In this document: one piece after another, positions 12,553 to 23,186 of the stretch
How the letters are laid out: each line of letters starts with the position of its first letter
Numbering within the stretch: position 1 is the first letter of the stretch
Assembly (NCBI GenBank): GCA_964019425.1
Contig: OZ025790.1
Coordinates: 1,240,001 to 1,304,000, forward strand
Reading direction: 5' to 3'
Source: Flectonema sp. DT1601
Lineage: Eukaryota
DNA length: 64,000 nucleotides
Position numbers and translations under genes: made by a program
Notes under the pieces: generated by a model
The model's input: the letters and a program-made list of their open reading frames with translations, nothing else
The model's database searches: none
Told to the model about the DNA's origin: nothing

Positions 12553-13584
12553 GTGAGAAGCACACCGCGGCTGGAGAGGGTGAGGGGGAAAGTGTGATTT
12601 TATTGTTGTCTTCGTTTTTATGCAACAGGTAAATTCTTTTGAACACTAACTAGCTTGGGGGTAAGTGGTTCAGCCGCTTAGTCCTTTCGGTCTTGTTAGT
12701 TGAGGGAAAAATAAAAAAGAAGGGAAAAAAAAATAATTGTCGCTGTAACTCAACGACTTTGCATTAACCAGCATAATCCACTGTTTTTACAATGTCAACC
12801 TATCACCTTCCTATTCTTAATGATGTTGTCGAAAGTAAAAAAAAATTAAAAAATTAAAAAAAAAACACTAAGCAGAATATAAGATACTTATTTCCGTTCT
12901 TGGCTCATTACGATTTGTTTGGTTTTCTATTTTCTTCTTATTCTTCTTTTTTTTCCCCCATTTTTTTTCTTTCTTTTTTTTTTTCGAGCAACAAAATGAG
13001 CATAACTTCTTCTTTTCTGTCTTAGCTGCTTTTTTAAATGTGGTTTTGGTATCTCTCATAGTCGAGAGTGCCCAGGTAAAATGCTTTTTTTATGAGCTCC
13101 TCAGGTGTTGAACATCTTCAGTTATACTGAGCGCTGTTTACCAGCTTTACCCTTACAACGATTTTGCATCCCTTCTTTTATGTTTTTTTGTTTCTTTGTT
13201 TGTTCTTTTCCCAGGTCTTCCTCACCCCTCTCTCTGGCAGTTGTTCTTTTTTCCTTGCAATTCAAAATAATGGAAATGGGGAAGAACAAAAAAAAAAAAA
13301 AAAAAAAAAAAAACGCAAGTGCCTGTAAAAAAATAGCATCACCCCCGCCCGATTCCCGCTAGTTTTTTCGAAGATGTGAGAGGAAACGTACGCACGAAGG
13401 CAGATGCACTTCGGCCATTAGGCTCAGTGAGCAGGCAAGAAAAGAAATATGAGTGGACCACTCGCTTTCTAATTAGTTGTATATGGCTTTGTTGGTATTT
13501 CTCCCCTACGCAGGGGTTCTATTCAGGAGTAAATATTTAAACCTCTTTGTTTACACTATTCTCATCACTACAGTTGTTTACCGG

Positions 13585-14526
13585 ATGGCTAACATGCAGC
13601 TGACTCGGATAATTGGTGCGAATTACAACACCTCTCTAAATGCTACTGAGATATGGAACTACGTAATTGACCGAAAGCCACGTTCTATTTTAATGGAGAG
13701 CTTCTGCACCCCTGAAAGTGACATACAAACAGGTGGGATCATCGACTATGAAGAAGAGTATGGAAGAGACATCATGAAGCAACTCCTCGACTTAGGTGCC
13801 GAATCGCATAGGAAATGGAGTGGTGAATTGGCAGCGGTTGTAGCCGGAGTCGGTGTCGGTGCAGAGATTCGTTTTTGTGACAGAATGCACAGCATCTCAT
13901 TTAATAGATTTATTAATAAATATGATAAAGCAGAAGTAGTTCTACAGTTGTTGAATACTCTAGACAGCCTCCAAGATGCAGACGACAATGCACAGCAATT
14001 ATCAAAATCCATACCTGAACTGTGGACAGAGCGACATGAAATAATGTCACACGTTGTGCTAACTCAAAAACAGCGTTTTCCAGATGAAGAAATCCTCGCA
14101 ATCATTGGGTCAGCACACACAGAAGAAGTTCAGTCGCTTCTCACTTCTAATAAAACAACTTCATTAGATGACTTACTTACTGACTACCCCGCTACTTATG
14201 AAAATGATGATCTCGACAAACGCCTTGCAGTAGCTGCTTTGTTGTCAACTACTATGGCGTTTCATCCGAATACAGTCGTCAGTCCTGAAGATATACCTGA
14301 GTCGTTAAAGTCACAGGCTGATAAAGTTTATAATAATTATCGTTCCATATTTAGAAGACGTCTAGAAGATAACATCCCGGGATCACAGTCGAGAGATATT
14401 GCTCCGTCACAAGAAGAGTTGATGAAGAGAATGACTGCAAGATTCGGAGCGAGGTCAGTCGGACTACTACAGCTCCCCCGTCTGAGTAGTGAACTGAAAA
14501 TGGTTAGCAATGCCAGGTCTGCGTGA
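13585..14526 (+). CDS. TraB/PrgY-domain protein (divergent)
   Basis: IIGANY...KPRSILMESFC, GELAAVV...AEIRFCDR, LWTERHEIM and ILAIIGSAH resemble TraB-family motifs. ATG 13585 follows an AG at 13573. The start is uncertain. Confidence 0.65.
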   Translation: MANMQLTRIIGANYNTSLNATEIWNYVIDRKPRSILMESFCTPESDIQTGGIIDYEEEYGRDIMKQLLDLGAESHRKWSGELAAVVAGVGVGAEIRFCDRMHSISFNRFINKYDKAEVVLQLLNTLDSLQDADDNAQQLSKSIPELWTERHEIMSHVVLTQKQRFPDEEILAIIGSAHTEEVQSLLTSNKTTSLDDLLTDYPATYENDDLDKRLAVAALLSTTMAFHPNTVVSPEDIPESLKSQADKVYNNYRSIFRRRLEDNIPGSQSRDIAPSQEELMKRMTARFGARSVGLLQLPRLSSELKMVSNARSA

Positions 14527-14739
14527 ATAGAGACGATTACCGTTATCTTTTAATTTTGTAAAATATTACGTGTCGTGTACATGTGCCATTTCTTTTTCAC
14601 GAACGCCTTTTTTCCCCTTTCTACTTTCTTACCCACATCTACATACACGATACCGTAGTGATTAGTTTTATTTAGTGAAATAGAATGATGGACATGTATT
14701 GTCTTTTTTAGTTATTACTATCAACCAGAAACAGAAAAC

Positions 14740-17280
14740 ATGGCTGCTCAGCGCTCCGAACAGAATTGGAGGGAACAACTAGGGTGGAGCAGTGACCCAG
14801 CATCTTTGGTTCAATATGAGACTAGTCAGTTGATCAATACTCTTCTTGGTAATAAACCATTAGATACAGCAACTGTTCATCATGTTCAACTTGTTGGGGG
14901 ATTGTTAGATATTGTGTTGTTGGAGAGAGATGGGTTTCATGATGCTGCAACTATTCAAGCAGCTGTAAAGACATTTGGATTCTTTATGAAGTTCCTTGTC
15001 AGATGTCACAACAGTAGACAAACACATCTCTTGAATGAAGTAGAGAGAGCAGTTGTTACAATGATGTACAACATATCATCAAATATTCAGGGGCAAGGTT
15101 CTGCCACTCATGAACAAATCGCACCGTACGCACCATTTCTTCTCCACGCGGCGTTTGTCCAGTTGAAAGCTCAGAAACACCCGAATTCTACGAAGGTATG
15201 TTCTCAAAGTATTTTCCCCATCAGGCGGAATAATTTTTTAGCAATTTTGAGATTAAGGAAGAGAGAGGTTTAAAAAAAATAAAAAACCCACAACAGGTAT
15301 TTAGCGCACCTCCGAAGAGACTCGGCAATGGCTGCAGCTTGGCGATTGAGGACCAGTACATTTGGTTGTGTTCTGCAATGCTGCCGCTGGTTGCTCCGGA
15401 ATACTTTGCACAGCTGCTGCGATTTAAGGAACAGGATGCTGACACGCGACTGCAGACTGCGTATGCCTACGAATTGTTGGAATATTCATTATTTTATTTG
15501 ATAAGGAGTTTTGAAAAACTTTATGCGGCTCCCCTAAATTTAAAAAGCCCAGCTAAACAAGGTTGTGCAGAACCAAAAGTTTCCCCGAAAAAAGTACTTT
15601 CCTTTCTGTCCATAATGGAACAAGATCCACCACCAAGCCCATCAGACTTTGCAGGAAACGACCACTGCGGTGTTTGGAAGTTCGAGGCTGCAACAGCGGA
15701 AATGCATGCAAAGAAAATGCTTCATTCGCTACAAATATTAAATAGAACTTTTCCGAGGGTGCTTGACAGCAGTCCGGGACGTTCGATGGTGGCGTTAACA
15801 AAAGTAATGACAATTAGAGTGAAGTATATTTGTGGAGTCCTTCATTGGATTTTAACAACCTTAGTATCTTGTATTCACACTTTATCGCCATTTGACGAAG
15901 ACTCTCTTGTGGTACTTGTCTGGCGCAATACAGTTGAATGTCTGACCAGCTGTATAATTGATTACGCAAAAGTCTGGAAAAACTTTTCAGCTAATTCAAA
16001 TATCGATTTTATGCTTCAACTTTTAAAAGGGTGTCTCACTGCTATCGCTGTTGAGGAAGCTTTTACTTCGTATCATCCACAGGGATCTCTTCGGGTTAAT
16101 CCTTTACCTAATTATTTAAGTCACGTCAGCATTCGAGATTCTGGATTCCATTTTGATGAAGTATGTCATTACATAGAACTGATAAGTTTATTTATTTTTG
16201 GAAGGATATAACAAAAAAAAAAAAAAAAAAAAACAGACCACCCAACGCGAGCTTGCCCCGTCAGCCTTTCCCATGTTAATGTTATTCACGCTAGCCCACA
16301 ACGAAACACTTTACAAGGCTTTTGCTGGTTTGGGTGATGAACCAATGACTTCTGTGGCTGTGAGGCCACCATTGGAGTTGTGCTTGGCAAACTTCTTGCA
16401 TGGATTATTTATGACTCATACAGATGTAGCGCATCATTTAGGAAGGGAACAGGACTTAAAAACTGCTACCGTTGTACCTATTCAGAATATCTTCAGAGGT
16501 ATTCACACAGTCTTACAGCAAATCAGTACCACTACGCAGTGGTCTGAAGTTTTTTGCTCTGGATTTGGATGCGATGGCAATACGTTGGCACCGAATTGGA
16601 AAAAAGCCTCCGACATCGCAAAGGGATTTGCGGCACTTCCGTTTTCAAGGAAAGTTGATGCTTCCCAAGTAGAAATGGTTAGTCAGAATGCCTGGTCGTT
16701 AGTGAGGTATTACTTTCAGTTGTCAATTCCGTGTGCTCCTACTGCTCCTCCAAGTCAAATTAGTTATTTAAAACCGAAGTCAGGATGGGATGATTACGAC
16801 GAATACTTTAGAGAGTTAGAAAGATCATCTGAACACTTACAAGGAAGGTCTCGTGGTAGAAGTGGTGATGATGGTCTTGATGGTATCCCTCTGCTTCCTA
16901 CTGACTTTGGGCTAAACGACGGTCCTGGTGATCGAGGCTATCGTCTGCATCAGCTACTGTCTTCTCATTTGAGAGGAATCTTAACCGTCATTCCGTACTT
17001 CCGACTTCTATTCGTAATCCTTAAAAGAGAATGTTTACTCAAGCAGTGCGCTCACTATTGCTCTTCTCTCGCAGACTTAATTCTCGTGTCGTCTCACAGC
17101 CACGGTGTAGCAATTCCGTTTCTTCGAACCAGTCTTGCTTGTTATGAACACACAGAAAGTTATGACCTGGCACTTGCGACTGTTGATCGTATCGGAAAAA
17201 TATTCCTTTCATTAATGGACCTTCCCAGTGCTGCTTTTGTTCAAGCTCATGGAAAGAAATTAGCCATGAGTGGCAGCTAG
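14740..17280 (+). CDS. Hypothetical alpha-helical protein, ~787 aa; exons 14740-15195, 15297-16160, 16237-17280
   Basis: Two GTATGT...AACAG introns (15196-15296, 16161-16236) join three ORFs in phase 0. No domain recognised. Confidence 0.75.
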
Positions 17281-17611
17281 AAATTCTTATTATTCACTTG
17301 TGATTGTATCGGTTCCTTTTATTAGAGATTTTAATAGAATTTATAGATTTACGAGAGAGTTAGTTCACTGCGGTGCTCAAGTATTTCTTTTTTTACAGGA
17401 ATTAAAATGCAACTGTGACTCAACCCTACAAGTAACCCAAGACTGTCTACTGAAACTGGAAGCTTCTTGCAGAGTACTGGAATATTGGTAAAACTCTCTT
17501 TTTACCCAAGTTGTTGATTTCTTCGGTTCTTTTCATAACTTCGGTGCACTTTTTTTTTATAAGAAACACATATTCCAACTAACTTCACTACCTACAGCAT
17601 AATACGCAAGC

Positions 17612-20281
17612 ATGCCACTGCAAAAACGGCCACAGCGAAAGGCTCCATTCGGAAAGGAGACCAGAGTACTGAAGCCTTTAGTCAAGGCAACGAGTACTAA
17701 AATAGCTGTGAAAGCAGCAGATGATAATCACCGAGTAGAAGACGTTGGATTACCTTGGGGAGCTAGTCTTGGATGTCGTACCTACGTCAGAGGTATAGAG
17801 TGTATAATTCGATATAAGGGTCCGGTCTTTTTTGCAGATGGAGAATGGATAGGAGTTCAGTTCTCCCTATCACAGTCGTGGGATGATTCCAATAACGGAA
17901 CTGTTCAGGGAACGAAATACTTCGCAGCTGAAAAGGGATGCGGGCTCTTCATAAAAGAAGAAGAACTTGAGGGAGCGTCACCTGAAAACTTAATTATCGC
18001 AAGTGATGGAATGGTACCAGTTGGTTCAGTAGTTTCCCTCCTCCAGGCGAAGCGTTCATCTGAAAGTATTGCAGTTGATGCTGATGGGTTGTCTGGTTGG
18101 CCTTCTCCATCACCTACTGTGTTAGTTGGTAACAGGTTTAAACAATTTCCGTCTGAGAATATCCAACCACAGGAATCAATAACTGCAAAGCCATCCACCG
18201 ACGCAGTAGAATTGAAAGAATCTACGGCTACGATGTTTATCACTCCGACTACTGTTGGATGTCCACTTTGTTGTAATGGAACATTGTTATTAAAACAAGA
18301 ACAAGAACAGCAACAGCAATCCGACAGTAGCATTCCACTGGAGCAGCAGCTACGAAAGTTACAAATAATGATCGAAGCTGCCAACTGCAGTTCTCAACAA
18401 AATGATATCAACAACTCGAATACCATTTCATCTCATCAGAAAGCAACAAGACTGCTATTAGAATCTGAGAACTCCAACAGCCCAGTTTGGGAGAGCCCAC
18501 TTGACAAAATCGATCATTCGGCTGCTTTGAGATTTCCAGGAAAGCATAAGTCATTATTTAATACTACCGTGAATCACATTCCTGATGAGAGTATTCGACC
18601 TGTACTGCAAGACTTAATATCAACGTCAGACGTTGAAGGAATACTCTACGAATGTAAGAAGATTCTAGGTGATACTACAGCACCCATGAAGACCGTTTCA
18701 GAGGAGCTTCAGCATCTCAGCAACGACGTCAAAAATGAGATCGAAGATCTGCTGGGAGACCAGCTGAATGATTGCCTAGCAGTCTCCGCAATTAATAATA
18801 AAAATGGTGATATTTCAGAATGTGATCTAACTTCTCCTCTTATGTCCGCTATCAATGAATTACTTGATGACACCACAGTGACAACTTCGGCAGTAGCGAC
18901 AACACAAAAGACAGCTTCGTCTTTGTGGAAAGATTTCTGTCTGCAGGAATCGAACATGAGCCAATGCCCAACCACCGTACAGATTACAAGGAAATTAGAA
19001 GAACGAGCGAATCACATTTTATCACAGCATCCTCCAACACTCTCTGAGATAATATCCCTCACAGAGTACGAACCAATGAACCTTTTAAAGTTCATAAAAG
19101 AACTCCCAGAGGTAGGTTATACAACTATCCATTCAGGTGAAGCAATTAAGCGATTGAGATTCGAAATATTGACATTAACCCAACGTAGAGATCAACTACT
19201 ACGAGACGGGTTAATCACTGAAGGAGAACAGCAATACGACGCTTGCATTGCAAATACCGAACATCTAATGTCATTGTGTGTTGATCAGGTACATTACGTG
19301 GAGTCTGAAGCCGACACGGACATTCAATTTCTGGAAAACCGACTCAAAGAGTGCAAGTCTGAGATTAAAGAATCTCATGAAAGAATAAAAAAAATGATAT
19401 TAAAATCTATCGAAGATCACTCAAAGTGGACTACTGTTACTACCAACAGCCTCTCTCTCAAGGAAGAAAAACTTCATAAAGTAAGAAGAGAAATTACAGA
19501 AGTAATAAATAAGTTTACAACACAACAAGAAACCATATCAGCGGAGAAAACTGCTGCATGGATGACGCTTGAACAAACCCTTACAACCATCGCAGACTTG
19601 GCAAAGCGAGAATCCTACTTGCAGCCGAAGTTGTTGCAGAAGCTCTCATCGTTAGCTGAAATAGACTCGAATATCAATTCAACGAGTAGTAGTCTGGTCG
19701 GTATTGACAAACATAAAGTTACAATACAAAAGAAGCTCTCTTCATATGAATCACTTCTACGTAACATCTCAGAACAAACAACAACCTCACTGGATGGGTG
19801 TGAAGGTCTCATCAGAGAAAGGTCAGCTCGATTATTCTCAAAAAGAATGGAATGCCACACTGAGAACTACAACACATTTAAATCGTTATACTTGTTGCTT
19901 GGTGATTATCAACAGAAGAAGCAACTGACCTTAGCGTGTGTTGAGAAACAATTAAAAGACGTTTCATGTGAGCTTGCACTCCACCAAGACTCATTAAATC
20001 CAAACGCGAAGCAGTTCGCAGTAAAACGAGATCTCCTCATTCAAAGATGTGAATCACTGAGATCTAACACAGAGCAGATAGAATCGAAGATGCTTTCACA
20101 CACAAACACTTTTGGTATTGTCAGTGAGCAGCATCTTAAAGCAGCAGGAAGAGAACTTATTGCTGCACCAGAAATGCTAAAATCAATAAAGACATCCAGC
20201 GACGCAAAGCTAATCGCGTTTAGCAATGATAAAAAAGAAAGGGAAGTTAAAACTAAGGAAGACAAAAACCAAACTGACTAA
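17612..20281 (+). CDS. CAP-Gly + paraflagellar rod (PFR) domain protein
   Basis: CAP-Gly IRYKGPVFFADGEWIGV...NNGTVQGTKYF...GLFI. The C-terminal FKSLYLLLGDYQQKK...SLNPNAKQFAVKRDLL...SEQHLKAAG resembles PFR1/PFR2 (FRxLYxTLGxLxYKK...FDPNAK...ExALxxAG). Confidence 0.8.
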   Translation: MPLQKRPQRKAPFGKETRVLKPLVKATSTKIAVKAADDNHRVEDVGLPWGASLGCRTYVRGIECIIRYKGPVFFADGEWIGVQFSLSQSWDDSNNGTVQGTKYFAAEKGCGLFIKEEELEGASPENLIIASDGMVPVGSVVSLLQAKRSSESIAVDADGLSGWPSPSPTVLVGNRFKQFPSENIQPQESITAKPSTDAVELKESTATMFITPTTVGCPLCCNGTLLLKQEQEQQQQSDSSIPLEQQLRKLQIMIEAANCSSQQNDINNSNTISSHQKATRLLLESENSNSPVWESPLDKIDHSAALRFPGKHKSLFNTTVNHIPDESIRPVLQDLISTSDVEGILYECKKILGDTTAPMKTVSEELQHLSNDVKNEIEDLLGDQLNDCLAVSAINNKNGDISECDLTSPLMSAINELLDDTTVTTSAVATTQKTASSLWKDFCLQESNMSQCPTTVQITRKLEERANHILSQHPPTLSEIISLTEYEPMNLLKFIKELPEVGYTTIHSGEAIKRLRFEILTLTQRRDQLLRDGLITEGEQQYDACIANTEHLMSLCVDQVHYVESEADTDIQFLENRLKECKSEIKESHERIKKMILKSIEDHSKWTTVTTNSLSLKEEKLHKVRREITEVINKFTTQQETISAEKTAAWMTLEQTLTTIADLAKRESYLQPKLLQKLSSLAEIDSNINSTSSSLVGIDKHKVTIQKKLSSYESLLRNISEQTTTSLDGCEGLIRERSARLFSKRMECHTENYNTFKSLYLLLGDYQQKKQLTLACVEKQLKDVSCELALHQDSLNPNAKQFAVKRDLLIQRCESLRSNTEQIESKMLSHTNTFGIVSEQHLKAAGRELIAAPEMLKSIKTSSDAKLIAFSNDKKEREVKTKEDKNQTD

Positions 20282-20450
20282 TTATTCATAATAACTTTTT
20301 TTTTTTTTTCCACTTACACTTTTTTTTTGTTACGTTTTCAGAAAAAATTAATCTGCCTGTTATATGTTTTGGTTTTTTTTTATAACAAAATTTAAAACAT
20401 AATAATCTGTTCTGAGCTCAACACCATCACTTCTTCCCCCCCAACAGTTT

Positions 20451-20548
20451 GATTAACAACTACAAATATTTTTCAGTCAAAGAACTTGATATTAATTTTG
20501 TTTTTAATACCTAAAGTTGTTACTGTTTTTACATTGTTAAAGTTTCAT
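20451..20548. repeat. Short dispersed repeat family B, copy 1, flanked by a 13-bp direct repeat
   Basis: Shares aacaactacaaatatt..ttcagtc, aatacctaaa.gttgttactgtt and tttacattgt with 46033-46127. The sequence cccccaacagttt occurs at 20438-20450 and 20549-20561. Confidence 0.65.
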
Positions 20549-20649
20549 CCCCCAACAGTTTACCCTTAGTCAATTATATCATAGTTAACTCTGGTCTAAC
20601 ATGAATGTATTCACACCTTTTAATCTCCCTCCAGACATTTTAATAAAAA

Positions 20650-22688
20650 ATGAGCGATTCGAGTGAATCCGAAGACAGTCCTCTGTTTTGTGAACGTCCT
20701 GAATGGAATGATGTAACACCAATGCCACTTCCTGAGTCTGAGAATCCCGTTGTGAGTATTGATTACTCGGATGATTTTAAAGACGCTCACAACTATCTGA
20801 GAGCGGTAATGGCAACAGGTGAGAAAAGTGAAAGAGTATTAGAGTTGACAGGAGCAGCAATTAAGTATAACCCTGCTAACTACACTGCCTGGCAATACAG
20901 AAGAGAAACAATCGCTGCGATTGATAGCAGCGTCGAACAGGAACTTGATGCGGTTGCGATGCAACTTTCATATTTTCCAAAAAATTTTCAAATATGGCAT
21001 CACCGTCGAGAGTTATTGAGCAGATTAGAGAGTCCCGGAAATGAGCTGACCGTAATTGAAATAGTGTTGTCGAAAGATGCGAAAAATTATCATGCGTGGG
21101 CTCATAGAAAATGGGTCGTTTCTAAATTTGATATCGTCGGAGAGAAGGAAGAACAGGTATGGGTGTATTGTTCTACAACTGAAAAAAAAACCAAATGTTA
21201 GGTGGAACGTAAAATTAATTTTAAAAAAATCAAACAGTACGCTATGTCACTCATCGAGGAAGACGTGAGAAATAATTCAGCTTGGAACTACTTAAACTTC
21301 GTCGTGGAGAGAAGAGATTTATGTATTGGAACTAAGGTATGATTATGAGAATACACCACCCCCACTGGGACCAAGGAACACTCACTCTTAGTGTATCCTA
21401 TTTAGGAACTGTGGGGTAGACAACAGACAGATACAACAACCTGATATTTTGATACCGGAATTAACTCCACGGTTGCTCTCCTACTTGTCGTGGAGATGGT
21501 TACCACCAGACCCCCGGGAGAGTTACTTTTCACGATACACAACACCCCCACTGGGACCAAGGAACACTCACTCTTAGTGTATCCTATTTAGGAACTGTGG
21601 GGTAGACAACAGACAGATACAACAACCTGATATTTTGATACCGGAATTAACTCCACGGTTGCTCTCCTACTTGTCGTGGAGATGGTTACCACCAGACCCC
21701 CGGGAGAGTTACTTTTCACGATACACAACACCCCCACTGGGACCAAGGAACACTCACTCTTAGTGGATCCTATTTAGGAACTGTGGGGTAGACAACAGAC
21801 AGACACAACAACCTGATATTTTGATACCGGAATTAACTCCACGGTTGCTCTCCTACTTGTCGTGGAGATGGTTACCACCAGACCCCCGGGAGAGTTACTT
21901 TTCACGATACACAACACCCCCACTGGGACCAAGGAACACTCACTCTTAGTGTATCCTATTTAGGAACTGTGGGGTAGACAACAGACAGATACAACAACCT
22001 GATATTTTGATACCGGAATTAACTCCACGGTTGCTCTCCTACTTGTCATGGAGATGGTTACCACCAGACCCCCGGGAGAATGCTTTTTACGTTAGACAAC
22101 AACCCCACTGGGAACAAGGAACTCACTCTTGTATTCAATTTGGAGGCCCCGGAGAATACTTTTTTACGTTATCGTCGATTACTTTTTCTATTATAAATAT
22201 TTATCATTAATGTGGTGTTATTTCTGTTTAATAATTTTTTCATTTTTAATAACAAAAAAAAAAAAAAAAAATACCAACAGGACGAAAAAGACGTAACTGA
22301 AGAAAAGTACGTAAATGTACGCCACAGGGAAGTCGAGAGAGCATTTGAAAAAATGACATGCGCTCCTGGTAATGAATCTGTTCATAATTATTTGATAGGA
22401 AACTTAAATCCGAAATCGAAATACGCAGAGGCGGTATTCTTAAAATCGGCACCAATTGCTACAGAGAAACTACTTGCCATGCACAGTGACACTACCTGTT
22501 GGGTCAAAGCATCCCTTGTGGACATCTTTGAGGCTGCTGAAGACTTTAAAATGTCACCGACTGCCCTTCCAGATATCTGTGAAGGTGAATCCCGACCTTT
22601 CCGTGACCGTATTATTAGTTTGTGTTCAGACCTATCTAGAATTGATCCAGTACGTAGTAAATATTGGAATACTGTGATGAGTAGTTAG
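20650..22688 (+). CDS. FNTA: Protein farnesyltransferase/geranylgeranyltransferase-I alpha subunit, ~337 aa; exons 20650-21156, 21238-21336, 22281-22688
   Basis: PPTA repeats NPANYTAWQYRR, PKNFQIWHHRR, DAKNYHAWAHR, DVRNNSAWNY (middle exon) and PGNESVHNYL, plus C-terminal IDPVRSKYW. Confidence 0.92.
21351..22170. repeat. Intronic tandem array: four near-identical 186-bp units plus a degenerate, internally deleted fifth
   Basis: cccactggga recurs at 21361, 21547, 21733, 21919 and 22104. Only a few substitutions separate the four full copies. The array lies in FNTA intron 2 (21337-22280). Confidence 0.97.
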
Positions 22689-23186
22689 ATAGTTGTCTGA
22701 CTGCTTGATTGCTTTGTAGCTCAACAAGTCAACTCCTTAGATAGGTTTTATCTACCAAAATTAATTAATTTAGCTGTAGTAAGTACTACGTGGAAGGAAG
22801 ACTCGCCATCTGCCGTGGTTTTTTTTTTACTTCGACGCCATTTCTTAGGTCAGGTCTGGCCGTTCTGGCTGAATGGCAGGGGGAAAAAAAAAAAAAAAAA
22901 AAATTAACTGAACTCACTTAAGCTTAATATAAAAAAAAATAAATAAAAAAAAAACCGGACAGAAGAAAATAAGATAAAATAGTGGGAAAAGGTGATAGCA
23001 AGCTTTTTATTGTAGAAGTTCTATTGTTGTCGTTTAGAAGTTTTTTTTTCTTTTTTTTCTTCTGATTTTATTTATCTCACGCAGTCATATAAAAAAATAT
23101 GTCAAAATCTCTTTCTACTTATTTAAGTACCACCACGTGATTTCTAATTAACCTTTTTTTTTATGTTTTTATAGTCTTATATAATA

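Noticed and set aside
21351..22170. 186-bp array as a CRISPR array or coding repeat (186 is divisible by 3)
   Set aside because: There are no unique spacers and no cas genes, the context is a eukaryotic intron, and no ORF runs through consecutive units.
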